NCBI GenBank assembly: GCA_051546255.1
Contig: CP128819.1
Coordinates: 186,001 to 250,000, forward strand
Direction of reading: 5' to 3'
Length of the DNA stretch: 64,000 nucleotides
Origin: Meyerozyma guilliermondii
Lineage: Eukaryota
Part shown: positions 50,472 to 60,990 of the stretch, one piece after another
How positions within the stretch are numbered: position 1 is the stretch's first letter
How the letters are laid out: each line of letters starts with the position of its first letter
Notes under the pieces: generated by a model
What the model was told of the DNA's origin: nothing
What the model saw: the letters and a program-made list of their open reading frames with translations, nothing else
The model's database searches: none
Made by a program: the position numbers and the translations under genes

Positions 50472-52934
50472 TCATAAACCGTTGTCAAACATAAGGCTCT
50501 GCTGAGGCGCCGAATTCTGCATCGGAAGCATGCTGTGGAACATGGCATCGTCCCAGTAGTCCATTGCATTGTAGTCACTAGCCGAATCCAGCTGGTCAAG
50601 AATATTCATCAACGATGGACTGGTGCGTGGTGAGTTCCATTGGCCTGCTCCTTGAGACCCGCTTATACTAGGACCCTTCAAGCTGACCACTTCCCAGCCT
50701 TTGGTTCTGCCTATTTTCAAGAATTCTTCCGAGTCCAAGAAAAGCTCTGGACATATCTTTTTGGTATTTTCGAGGTACTGTCTGGTTTTTTCGTCCACCA
50801 CCTTGTGATTTGTGTTGGATTCAATGCTGCATACCACCACGCGGAGAATGAGACGAAGCATGAGCGATGTCAAGATATCTTTTTCACCATTGTACTTGAA
50901 AAATGTACCACTTCCATCTTTCTTGTATGAACTGATAACCATACAACTGTCCACCAAGAGTTTAATATCCTTGAGTGTTTCCGGGCGTGAGGGTCTGTTC
51001 AAGCACATTCTTGCCAAACACACAAACGCAGATATTGGGAACCAATACGCCCAGTCGTTCCAGAAACTGTGTTTAGAAACACTGAACTGGCGGCACATCA
51101 TCAAAATTGTCCGAGCACTGTCTAAGGTGTAGTTGCGAAACTGCGACACATCCACAGTGGGGTTGTCGATATCCTCAATCATAAAGGGAAGCCTGTTAAT
51201 TGTCATTAAATGCGAGAAAAAGTTCATGTGGAATACAGCGTAGCAACTGGGAATACTTTCAACCCCCACAGAGTTTCCTCCGTAAGGTTCGTCATGGTAG
51301 AATTTGGGGCGATAATTCCCCATCAGGTCTGCGAGCGCAAACATTTCGTCGTTGAGAAGACTCAACTTGTAGATGAAGTCCCCAAAATTATCGAAATGAA
51401 CATTAGCAGCAAACATTTCTGAATAACTTCGGGCTCTTATTTTGGTGAAAACAAGAAGTGCAGTGTGGTAGAATTCGAAATTAGTCGACGGGACCGTTTG
51501 AATTAATAACTTACGGTCCATGATTGTATCGAAAAATGAAGTAGGTTGGGTCTTAATGCTTTGATATTCGGCCAAGGAAACCGACAGCAGCAGTATGTCA
51601 CTGAGATTGTTAATGGGGCTCTTGCCTTGCCTGAACGACATTTCCATGTCAAGATACAAGCAGATGTTCCATACTCGTTTGCGCTTGATTCTCATATGTA
51701 ATGGAAGCTCGTCCAAGGCTTCAGCTCGATGTAAGCCCTGCTCGTGTCCGTGCCTGATAGTAACTGCCAATATTATAAAGTTCACAAATGGTGTCACTTC
51801 GTGAAGCTCAATGTACATGATCCACAAAAGGAAGGCTTGGATGGCTTCAAAGCCGTCGGCCCAAATCAGAAGCCGAAAGTAGTAGATGACGCAATTGGCG
51901 CTCAATTCCCGTTTCAATTTCTCTAGTTTACTGAACTCGGCCGCTACGTGTGGTGGAATCTCGGGGTCAGGTTCATTTGACGGGGTAGATGTTGGAGCTT
52001 CTTCGGAAAATTTGCAGGTGATAGCCAAGCACACCGCGGCAGCCATTATGAACAATTCAGATGCTTTAAATCTGTGGCTCTTTTGTTTAAAGTAGGTCTC
52101 GAAGAGCTGGTACACATCGTCAGTCTCACACACTGACGAGGCTAGCGGAACACCAGGATAATAGTTTTTGATGAGCAGGAGAATGAGATCTGGTTCGTTG
52201 GGAAATGGTCTGAGAAATAGGTTTGGTCTGGATTTGGGGTCTAACGGAGCATGACGGTGCCACAGGGCTAGGTTTCTGGTCATTCTCAGGTGAAAGAGAG
52301 TGGGAAGGTTGCGTAATGGTGTTAAAGCCAGATGGTCTTCCGGTTTCAAAAAATACACCAAGTGATCTAGCGAGTTTCCCAGCAAGATGGATAGGATGGA
52401 ATGCGATCCAAGATATAATTCGAACCTTGTACGTAGCGGGTATTTCATTTCTGCACAATCTTCTGTTTGTTTTTCATCGAGCTGATGAGTATCTGAACCA
52501 GGAGATGGACTGGGTTCAAACAGCGACGACAGATCCGAATCTGAATATCCCGCTACATCCGCATCTCTGGAGCTTGGTTTCAGCATCTTGTCGTGTATCT
52601 CTTTGCTGGAAGCTATGCTGATTTTCTTTTCTTCATGGCGTATTTTCTTTTCTTGATGGTCATCGTCATCCAGCGGTTTGAAATACACCGGCTCAAGCTT
52701 ATCAGCCAATGTGCCCAAAATCGATTCTAGTCTAGTCAAACGCGAGTCCAACTTGGTGAGAGATCCCAAACCACCGGTCTTTGTTCTTTTGCGTTTTCTG
52801 GTGCGTTCACTATAGTTGCAAGAATCATTCTTGAACTGAAGGCAATTGGAACAAGGGCATCTTCCGTCACACTTTATCTTCTTATTGCGACAAAAGTCAC
52901 ACGCCACGCTGATGCGCTTTGGCTTCTGGTCCAT
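50472..52934 (-). CDS. Zn(II)2Cys6 transcription factor, tandem Tac1/Hal9/Znc1-family paralog (TAC1A-like)
   Basis: ACDFCRNKKIKCDG; shares GxHS, KIRAxSY, HLMTINRLPF and RTIL blocks with its neighbour. Confidence 0.8.
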   Translation of the reverse strand: MDQKPKRISVACDFCRNKKIKCDGRCPCSNCLQFKNDSCNYSERTRKRKRTKTGGLGSLTKLDSRLTRLESILGTLADKLEPVYFKPLDDDDHQEKKIRHEEKKISIASSKEIHDKMLKPSSRDADVAGYSDSDLSSLFEPSPSPGSDTHQLDEKQTEDCAEMKYPLRTRFELYLGSHSILSILLGNSLDHLVYFLKPEDHLALTPLRNLPTLFHLRMTRNLALWHRHAPLDPKSRPNLFLRPFPNEPDLILLLIKNYYPGVPLASSVCETDDVYQLFETYFKQKSHRFKASELFIMAAAVCLAITCKFSEEAPTSTPSNEPDPEIPPHVAAEFSKLEKLKRELSANCVIYYFRLLIWADGFEAIQAFLLWIMYIELHEVTPFVNFIILAVTIRHGHEQGLHRAEALDELPLHMRIKRKRVWNICLYLDMEMSFRQGKSPINNLSDILLLSVSLAEYQSIKTQPTSFFDTIMDRKLLIQTVPSTNFEFYHTALLVFTKIRARSYSEMFAANVHFDNFGDFIYKLSLLNDEMFALADLMGNYRPKFYHDEPYGGNSVGVESIPSCYAVFHMNFFSHLMTINRLPFMIEDIDNPTVDVSQFRNYTLDSARTILMMCRQFSVSKHSFWNDWAYWFPISAFVCLARMCLNRPSRPETLKDIKLLVDSCMVISSYKKDGSGTFFKYNGEKDILTSLMLRLILRVVVCSIESNTNHKVVDEKTRQYLENTKKICPELFLDSEEFLKIGRTKGWEVVSLKGPSISGSQGAGQWNSPRTSPSLMNILDQLDSASDYNAMDYWDDAMFHSMLPMQNSAPQQSLMFDNGL

Positions 52935-53421
52935 GGTAGTGGCTAAAAAGTACCTCTACGCCGCTGAAATTTTGCAGTAATTATAATGAAATGTGACAAC
53001 TATGATTGCCGGTCCGAATAGAAATTCCGTTTTATCTGCAGTATGGCGGTCGCAAGGTGGGGATAAGCTTTCGGAGCGGCCGAAACAGGGAACCCCGGAT
53101 AATTTATAAGCAAATGAAAACTGATGTTGTAAATACTTGAAATGGCTACAAAACTTTTTGGCACCAATGCGCTTGAGTTGAAAATATGAGGAATACTTTT
53201 TAGAATTTTCTTTTTAGCAATTTTTCCGGAAAATCACTGATCGCATTTATTTTATAGAAACTGCAACGGCCGTTAAATCCGCCTCCATCGGCGAACAGAG
53301 CGGCCAAAGCGGCTAAGATGGGCTATGTGCACACTCTATGTGCAGTCACTTTTAGCGCTTATCTGCAGTTCATAAGCTTTTCTGCAGTAACTATGACGCG
53401 AATTTTCCACTGGTGGCAGTA

Positions 53422-55710
53422 ATGGTCAAGGCAGCACCGCTCCTTCGCAACAAGGAGGATGTCAATTTCAGCGAAGCTTTGAAGCTCTACGACGCCAAGC
53501 AGTACAAGAAGGCTTTGAAACTTGTGGAACAGAACCTTAAAAAGAACAGCAATCATGCCGAGCTGCTCACTCTCAAAGGTTGCATTTTCTTCAATACTGG
53601 AAATAAAGACGAAGCCGAAGCTTATATCATCAAAGGAACCACCAAGGAACCCACAAACTACTTGGTGAACCATTTGGCCGGAATCTATTACCGGGGAGTT
53701 GATAATTACGAATTGGCAGCAAAGTGGTTGAAAGCGTCGATAGATAATGGGTCTCCCAACAAGCAAATTTTGCGTGATTTGGGCATCAACCAAGCCCAGA
53801 TTCGTGATTACAAGGGTCTCCTTGACTCTCGTCAGCAGTATCTTGAACATCAACCAGGGTATAGAGCCAATTGGACCGGGGTAGCATTGGCACATCATTT
53901 GAACAAAAACTATAAATGTGCCGTTTCCACCCTTTCCAAGATCGAAGGAATCATTAAGGAACATCTCCAGGAGTCTGACCGATACGAGCAGTCGGAATGT
54001 GTACTTTATAAGAATCTGATTATTGCCGAAGCTGGAAACTTTGCCGAGGCACTTAAAGTGTTGGATGCTGACGATGTGGAAATCAGAGACAAATTATCGG
54101 TTCTCGAGTACCGTGCACGCTACATGATGTGTCTTGGACAAAACAAAGAAGCTTCGTTGGTTTATAGAAAGCTTCTTCAGCGGAACCCCGAAAATGTTCT
54201 GTACTATCGTCTACTTGAAATCGCACTTGACCTTCAACAAACACCCGAGGACCCCAAAATCGACACCAGGTTGAAGCTTTATAGAAAACTTGCGTCGTTC
54301 TACCCCAGATCGGATCCCCCCAAATTTCTTCCCTTGACATTCGTGCCGGCATCGCATCCCGAGTTCAAGAATTTGGTCAATGATTACGTCTTGGACCAAC
54401 TCAAACGAGGAGTTCCCGCTACATTTGTCAATGTTAAACCGCTTTACAAAGACAAAGCCAAAGTGGCTGCCATCGAATCTTTGGTTCTTCAATTCAACAA
54501 GGACCAAGCCAAATCGTTGGGTCCGAGTGTGGTGGTATGGACTGCCTACTTTTTAGCACAACATTTCTTGCATCTCAACGATTTGCAAAAGGCCTCAGAG
54601 TATATCGACTTTGCCTTGGACCATACTCCTACGTTGGTGGAGCTCTATATCGTCAAGGCACGCATCTTGAAGCATCTTGGAAAGGTGGAAGAAGCAGCAA
54701 ATATCATGAATGCTGGGCGTAAGTTGGACTTGCAGGACAGATTCATCAACTCGAAGGCTACAAAGTATATGCTTCGAGCTAATAGAGTGGACGAGGCCAT
54801 TGACTGCATATCGTTGTTCACAAAGTTGGATGAAGGGTCGGTTAATGGGTGCAAAGACTTACACCTTATGCAAGCAAACTGGGTATTAATTGAAAGTGCG
54901 GAAGCCTACGCTCGCTTGTACCATGTGTACAAACAGAAACTTGAGAATGCTAATGGAAACGAGGAAGAAGAAGCTGAATTGCAAGAAAAGACAAACTTGT
55001 ATTTAGGACTTGCATTGAAGCGGTTCTCGGCGGTTTTAAAAATATTCAAGATTTTCTACGACGACCAGTATGACTTCCATTCGTATTGTTTGAGAAGGGG
55101 AACACCCCGTGACTACATTGATATGTTGAGATGGGAAGATAGGCTTCATTCAACACCAGTATATGTGAGGTGTGTGAAAGGGTTGGCTGCTTTGTATATG
55201 GAGATTGACCAAGAAAAGAAACATAAAGCAGGTAAAGATAATCTGAAGTCTGCGAAAAAGAAGAAGAAGAACCAGAAAAAGCAGCTTGAAAGTTTGGCTG
55301 CTAAAGTCGAGTCTGAAAAGGATGACGCTGATCCATTTGGTGCTTCTATTCTTACCAATCTTTTTTTAGAGAAAGAAGATATTTTTGAAAAATTGCTTCA
55401 ACTAATCAAGCCTCTTACAACTGAGGCCGTCAACTTTGCAACTACTTGGGAACTCTCGTACCAAGTAAATTTGAAGAAAAGGTCTTACATTGCTGCAGTG
55501 CAAGCTATCAAGAAGTTGAATACTATTATTGGCAGCGATGGTAAGCTCAAAAAATCCATTGGAGATAAAGTTATTGAGACTCTTAACACTGTCAAGCAGG
55601 ATACTACGGTGGTGCCGGCAATTCCTCAAGTTGTGGAAAAGACATTGGTAGCTTCATTTCCCGAATTGGCAGACGGACTTGATGCGGTGAAGGAAAAGTA
55701 TGTGGACTAG
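53422..55710 (+). CDS. NAT1: NatA N-terminal acetyltransferase auxiliary subunit
   Basis: YDAKQYKKALK, HTPTLVELY..KARILKH.G, LDLQDRFINSK, DQYDFHSYC.RRG. Confidence 0.95.
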   Translation: MVKAAPLLRNKEDVNFSEALKLYDAKQYKKALKLVEQNLKKNSNHAELLTLKGCIFFNTGNKDEAEAYIIKGTTKEPTNYLVNHLAGIYYRGVDNYELAAKWLKASIDNGSPNKQILRDLGINQAQIRDYKGLLDSRQQYLEHQPGYRANWTGVALAHHLNKNYKCAVSTLSKIEGIIKEHLQESDRYEQSECVLYKNLIIAEAGNFAEALKVLDADDVEIRDKLSVLEYRARYMMCLGQNKEASLVYRKLLQRNPENVLYYRLLEIALDLQQTPEDPKIDTRLKLYRKLASFYPRSDPPKFLPLTFVPASHPEFKNLVNDYVLDQLKRGVPATFVNVKPLYKDKAKVAAIESLVLQFNKDQAKSLGPSVVVWTAYFLAQHFLHLNDLQKASEYIDFALDHTPTLVELYIVKARILKHLGKVEEAANIMNAGRKLDLQDRFINSKATKYMLRANRVDEAIDCISLFTKLDEGSVNGCKDLHLMQANWVLIESAEAYARLYHVYKQKLENANGNEEEEAELQEKTNLYLGLALKRFSAVLKIFKIFYDDQYDFHSYCLRRGTPRDYIDMLRWEDRLHSTPVYVRCVKGLAALYMEIDQEKKHKAGKDNLKSAKKKKKNQKKQLESLAAKVESEKDDADPFGASILTNLFLEKEDIFEKLLQLIKPLTTEAVNFATTWELSYQVNLKKRSYIAAVQAIKKLNTIIGSDGKLKKSIGDKVIETLNTVKQDTTVVPAIPQVVEKTLVASFPELADGLDAVKEKYVD

Positions 55711-55869
55711 ACTACAGTACATAGACGACAAACAGACATACCTATAAGAGCGCATGCCATTCAGACATTTTTCAGATAGTCAGCATTCATATTGCTCCAT
55801 GCCAAATCTGCCAATAGTAGACTGTCTTCAATCCATTTTCAAGCCTTCGTCCTTCTCATGTATTCATAT

Positions 55870-56496
55870 TCACGTTCTGATCCAGCTGTCGACCTGGCTT
55901 CGAGCCACAGATCCAGCCAAATTGAGGGTCTGGCGACCAAGTGGAAAATAACTGACAGTGTACCACACGGCACTTATCAATTGAATCACAGCAAAGATTA
56001 TCGAGAGGAGAGTACTGTGGAGGGATAAACTGCTGATGAGAGTCATGATAATGCTGGTGACGAACACCACGGTAAAGATGATTCGAGTGGACAGAAACAA
56101 ATGTTGAAGATAGGGAACGAATCCTTGAAGAACCCCAAAACTCACCAAGAAAAAAATAGACCCCAACGACCACAACAATGCAAACTTTCGTGGTTTCAAC
56201 GACAAAACCGGGAACAAGAATATACAGATCAAGTAGCAGCATGCCGACCCTCCAAACGTCAATGCAAAGATGAGCATACGGTCCCATCTAGAAAGCTCAA
56301 AGTATCCAGGTTCTGAAGTGACATAGTTCTCGTCGTCATTGAGGTATACGGACTGACTGCGGAAGGGATTAAGCTTTTGCAAGCGAGTTTTAAATGTCAG
56401 TTGGTTTGGTTGTGTTGCGGGAGGAGGAAGCGGAGCACCATCGTCTTGTGATAATGCCACGTAGGTGGATTTTTTGAACGGTTTGAAGAGATCCAT
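55870..56496 (-). CDS. SFT2: Golgi tetraspan transport protein
   Basis: LSRWDR, KPRKFALLWSLGS, WYTVSYFPLG. Confidence 0.9.
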   Translation of the reverse strand: MDLFKPFKKSTYVALSQDDGAPLPPPATQPNQLTFKTRLQKLNPFRSQSVYLNDDENYVTSEPGYFELSRWDRMLIFALTFGGSACCYLICIFLFPVLSLKPRKFALLWSLGSIFFLVSFGVLQGFVPYLQHLFLSTRIIFTVVFVTSIIMTLISSLSLHSTLLSIIFAVIQLISAVWYTVSYFPLGRQTLNLAGSVARSQVDSWIRT

Positions 56497-56659
56497 GGCA
56501 CCTAGATGATGGAAATTGATAGGAAATGTAGAACTTGACGAAATTTGACCAAAAAAGTTATTGGTGTTGTATTGGTTTTATATGGTCTTGGTATAATTAT
56601 TCGGTCACTTTTCGCACAGAGGCGTAAATTCATAGCCGATCACCGACACTTATCATATA

Positions 56660-57280
56660 ATGTCTCAAACAGAACAACAATTTGTGAGCACGTACACACA
56701 GCTTATATCGCTATCGTCCTCAGCACCCACCAACACCTTTAATTTCGTGGGAGATTACCATAAACTTGAAAGTTTAGGACCTTCACTTCCAATATTGAAG
56801 GTGGAATTTCCATCTGAAAAACAACAAATCCACTCCAAATCTTCCACAATAACGCTAAACTTCAAGTCCATTAAGCCCCCGTTCAAATTCACCCATTCCC
56901 TCGAAGCAAACACAAATCAATCCATCTATAAAGTGAAATCGGATCTCATTTCAGCAGTAGAAACCTTGAAAAATGCCGGTGTTCAACCAGGAGATATCAA
57001 GTTTCTAGTCAAGGGAAAGGTTTACCAGGACACAGCGTCTTTGTCTCTGTTTTCTGAGCCCGAAGTGTCTTTTATGTGTATGGTTTCTGCACCATCTTCG
57101 TCTTCGGTTGCGAAAGGAGATGATCCTGACGATGTTCCCGTGGAAGATGTGCTGTTTGCCAGCCTGAAGACCATTTCCAGCGAGACCTGGAATGAAATAG
57201 TCAAGCTCTTAGTGAAAGATCTCGACGAAACTCAGGCAAAAGCCTTGGTGGAGAAATGGAAACAGACAGTGAGACAGTAA
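56660..57280 (+). CDS. GET5: Get5/Mdy2 ubiquitin-like GET pathway component
   Basis: ExxFV..Y N-terminus, FKSIKPPFKF, KFLVKGKV Ubl domain, C-terminal W-rich dimerisation helix. Confidence 0.8.
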   Translation: MSQTEQQFVSTYTQLISLSSSAPTNTFNFVGDYHKLESLGPSLPILKVEFPSEKQQIHSKSSTITLNFKSIKPPFKFTHSLEANTNQSIYKVKSDLISAVETLKNAGVQPGDIKFLVKGKVYQDTASLSLFSEPEVSFMCMVSAPSSSSVAKGDDPDDVPVEDVLFASLKTISSETWNEIVKLLVKDLDETQAKALVEKWKQTVRQ

Positions 57281-57700
57281 GACAGTACAAAATAAGACAT
57301 TATAATATAATAAGACATTAATGTTACAATCATAATAAGTTATTTATAATGCTATATGTTGGCTGGCGATTGGTCACTAGTCATTGTAGTCTCATCTCTC
57401 ATCATTGCTCTGTATTCTTCTTTCATCTCAATTTTTCATCTCTCCATCGTTTCTCTCATTGTACCACCTCGTCACCAACTCGTTCAATGTATGGCCCTGT
57501 GGTCTACCGTGGCGGTACTCGTGAACGTAGTAGGCAGCAGTGCCTATGCTAATGGCCAAAATTGGATCTACGGTTCTCGATATCAAATACTTGTATTGCA
57601 TCAGAAACTGAAATTCGCGAAGACTCGCTATGTAGATACTGCACCAGTCTACACCATATGCAATTACAATTTCTTAACCTTCCTACCTTTTCTCTCCTTT

Positions 57701-59356
57701 TTACCTTTTTCGACTCAACTTTCTCATTCTGTTGCTCAATGTTCGGTTCCATTTGACACCACTCATAATCGAGCGATGGAACCCATAAACGTCGTGAATT
57801 TCTTCGTCTCCCATGCCAGCAACTCGAAGTGCCTGGCTCTCCTCTTCGCTCATTTGAGCAGTTATCATGGAATCTTTTTTCTGCTTAAGCTTGGACCGCT
57901 GTTTGGAAACAAATTCCCGGCACTTGTTAATCTCGTCTTGCGATAACGATCCGTAGCCATACCCTCCTATCTTTTTAAAACATGCATCTATTAGTTGGTC
58001 CGGGTCAAGTATAGACTTGGGGAAGTTTTGCACGTACTGAAACAACTCGATTTGTTCGGTTTCGGCTCCCCTCGTCTTGCCGTTAGAGGCATCGAATGAA
58101 GAACTGTCAAGACACATTCGACATATTGTTAGTGAAATTCGAAAGATGGTTTTTGAACCTTCGTACCAAAGTATATCCCATACCCGGAGCACGCTCTCAA
58201 TGGGCATGGTACCGACAAACACCGACATGAACCAAGAAGATGTAACCAAAGTTATTGGTGGAAGTCGAGTGAGAATCTTGTCTTCTGGTAATCGTTCACC
58301 TTCAAAGTTTTTGCCGAGTATTTGCCAAAGCGAGGGTATATACTCCTTTATGCATAGCATTAACACCCCCTGGTCTGTGTGGACGCCTTCAAGGTCTGTC
58401 GAGTGTACCTTGGGGATGATTCGTTCGGTTAAAATGACTAAAAGCCAAAACGCTCGTTCTTCACTCATAAAGATAAGCATGAGTCCAGCGAGGAAGTTGA
58501 GCGATTGACAGTACCCTATTTGGGGCTGGTAGTGGGCAAATGCCACAAGAACCCGCCGAAGAGAAGAAATCATTTCAGATTCGGCTGGAGCATTGGCTCC
58601 GGTTGGTCTCGCAAAGTAAACGTTATCAGGGAAAGTGCGGTTTAAATCCCGTTCTATGACCTCTGTGTCTTTATTATGCACTTCCTTGGTGTCCTTGACG
58701 ATCTGGTCGTACACACCAATATGTTTGTTGAGTTTTTCATTTCCTCCCGCATAGAAAAACCATGCTTGGCCCCTCCATTCCGGCGGTATACCTCTTCGAA
58801 TCAACTTCTTCACCTTGTCTGATTTGGGCGGGAACCGTGTTGGTACAATATCCTCGTCAGCATGCAATCCATTGTCCTTAAGGACCCCCAACCACTTCTT
58901 TTTCTTCCGTATAATCGACTCGGCATACGGCTCAAACCATTGATTGTAAGTATCTTTGGATATATCAAACAATGTCGAGTCTTTCTTGAACCCATATATG
59001 TCGTACGGTGAAGCCTGGAGCACACTGAGCCGGCTCTTGTCCACAGACTCTACTCGGTCAGCGACATTCACACTCGGAACCGATGTGACCGGCCGATTAG
59101 ATATGGTGCTTTTTGTGCCGTTTGTGAGTCCCAAATCCTCCAATTGCGATACATCAACGGCCTCAACCGGCGCGCCCTTCACAGACCCAGAATCAGGCGA
59201 ATCCGCTTGGTATATGTCTAGAAACGAGTAGCTTCGTGAGGTTGCGGAATCGGTTCGCAGATGAGTTCCGGCTTTTGTTCCAGTCTCCGGGACTTTGAGC
59301 GATGCTTGTAATGTCTGCGGCGCTCCACCATCCTGCAGTTGCTCGGGGTGTCCCAT
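57701..59356 (-). CDS. MSB3: TBC-domain Rab GAP (Msb3/Msb4)
   Basis: YDIYGFKK, RFPPKSDKVKK, IERDLNRTFPDN, GYCQSLNFLAG. Confidence 0.85.
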   Translation of the reverse strand: MGHPEQLQDGGAPQTLQASLKVPETGTKAGTHLRTDSATSRSYSFLDIYQADSPDSGSVKGAPVEAVDVSQLEDLGLTNGTKSTISNRPVTSVPSVNVADRVESVDKSRLSVLQASPYDIYGFKKDSTLFDISKDTYNQWFEPYAESIIRKKKKWLGVLKDNGLHADEDIVPTRFPPKSDKVKKLIRRGIPPEWRGQAWFFYAGGNEKLNKHIGVYDQIVKDTKEVHNKDTEVIERDLNRTFPDNVYFARPTGANAPAESEMISSLRRVLVAFAHYQPQIGYCQSLNFLAGLMLIFMSEERAFWLLVILTERIIPKVHSTDLEGVHTDQGVLMLCIKEYIPSLWQILGKNFEGERLPEDKILTRLPPITLVTSSWFMSVFVGTMPIESVLRVWDILWYEGSKTIFRISLTICRMCLDSSSFDASNGKTRGAETEQIELFQYVQNFPKSILDPDQLIDACFKKIGGYGYGSLSQDEINKCREFVSKQRSKLKQKKDSMITAQMSEEESQALRVAGMGDEEIHDVYGFHRSIMSGVKWNRTLSNRMRKLSRKR

Positions 59357-59497
59357 AATCGGGTGACTGTGCTACAAAATTATGGAAGCCAGTGCTGCCC
59401 GGTGCTGGTGAATTGATTCACAAATCCACCTGCTCTAGAAGTCACGTGCGCGATCTTCACCAAGGTAATCTTTACTAAAGGCTGCTGCTGCGCCAGC

Positions 59498-60970
59498 ATG
59501 TACTGGAGGTACAATGGATGGTCGTCGCCGTCGTACCCTGGATGTCAGCCTATACCGCTTCCAGAAGGCTTCCTAGTGTCTCATAGACCAGATGTTCCAA
59601 ATCAGTACATAAAAGCTGGAATTTATCATCCTCAGTGCTACGATGGAGTAATGCCTGTTCTTGATACCAACACCAATTTGCTCGTAGAACTGTTTGTGGG
59701 GCCGCTTCCAGTTATCCAAGAGACTTGGCATCAGTTTACACATAGCGGATCACGCGGATCGTTTGCATATAGCATAGTTCCTATCATATACAGTGTTTCC
59801 ATCCTGGCGGTGGTCACCTGGTTTCTTACCCTTTTCGTCATGACAAACTATACCGTCAAACCGAGCTTTTTGTTGAAGGTTTCGTCGTTGTTGTCGTCGG
59901 TGTACATGTTGATAACAGTGGTAAAGTCGGTGGTAAATCTACATGGTCAACAAAAACGAGGGTATCTCCATGGAGCCGAACTCCTCAAATACATTAACAA
60001 TAGCACCACCCTCAATGTCATTGACCTTATTTTGGTCATTCTCCTTCAAATCAACCAGGTCCAGGTGATCATGCGTATCTTTTCCCGTCAGAAGGATAAA
60101 CGACTAACGTTTCTCATTGGTATAATAGCATGCATTTCTTTCCAGGTGATCTGGGCCATAACTCAATTTCACGTTTTCGATGCCGACGATGAAGCAGGAG
60201 ACATTCTTCCCGCTTTCATATATTTGGGCCGTATTGCCATGGGAGCTTGCTATGCTGCGTTAATCTCGGTTTTCATCGTCACCAAGTTTAATGATGTTTT
60301 GCTCAACAAACATATATGGCTCCTCTCGGGCCTCACCATCGTGTTCATATACAGCCCAGTGGCCTTTTTCGCTGCGGATATCTCCAACATGTGGGTGAAC
60401 GAATTGTCAGATATTTTCTCCGTAGTCACATACGTGATTTGTGTGGTGATTCCCTGGGAATGGTGCAACAAGTACAACCTCATTTTGAAGAAAAAGGAGA
60501 AGGAAGGAGTTCTTGGTCGACCGTTTTACGAAGACGAAGTATATGAACTTGATCGCTACGAAATTTTCATCGACAAAGATAGCGACGAAGATAATGAAGA
60601 TGGCGGCACCACACAAAGTCGTCGGTCGCTATCGATGTCTACATCCGAACAATCTGACAACCCTACAACTGCACCCTCAAACGCCAGAGCTGCTTTGCCC
60701 TTCGTATTAAGAGCCTACGAAGCTTCCAAGAAAAACTTTTTGTCTCTTACAGACGCTATCATTGCCACTGGTTTGGCAATTCCCCGTTCCGTCAGTGTCT
60801 CCACACTGTCCTCCAACCCTCGTCCCGAGACGGTTCCTCTCACTACTATCCACCAGGAGAGGGAACCAGAAGATACCAATAGCCAGTTTCGCAACGGAAG
60901 ACAGCGCAATAACGTCTTTGTCTATTCCCGAAAGGAAGTGGTGATTGACTTTGACGATCCAGAACCTTAG
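59498..60970 (+). CDS. RIM21: PalH/Rim21 pH-sensing 7-TM protein
   Basis: QVQVIMRIFSRQKDK, VIPWEWCNK...EKEGVLGR. Confidence 0.85.
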   Translation: MYWRYNGWSSPSYPGCQPIPLPEGFLVSHRPDVPNQYIKAGIYHPQCYDGVMPVLDTNTNLLVELFVGPLPVIQETWHQFTHSGSRGSFAYSIVPIIYSVSILAVVTWFLTLFVMTNYTVKPSFLLKVSSLLSSVYMLITVVKSVVNLHGQQKRGYLHGAELLKYINNSTTLNVIDLILVILLQINQVQVIMRIFSRQKDKRLTFLIGIIACISFQVIWAITQFHVFDADDEAGDILPAFIYLGRIAMGACYAALISVFIVTKFNDVLLNKHIWLLSGLTIVFIYSPVAFFAADISNMWVNELSDIFSVVTYVICVVIPWEWCNKYNLILKKKEKEGVLGRPFYEDEVYELDRYEIFIDKDSDEDNEDGGTTQSRRSLSMSTSEQSDNPTTAPSNARAALPFVLRAYEASKKNFLSLTDAIIATGLAIPRSVSVSTLSSNPRPETVPLTTIHQEREPEDTNSQFRNGRQRNNVFVYSRKEVVIDFDDPEP

Positions 60971-60990
60971 TCGTTGTACAATAGAAACAC

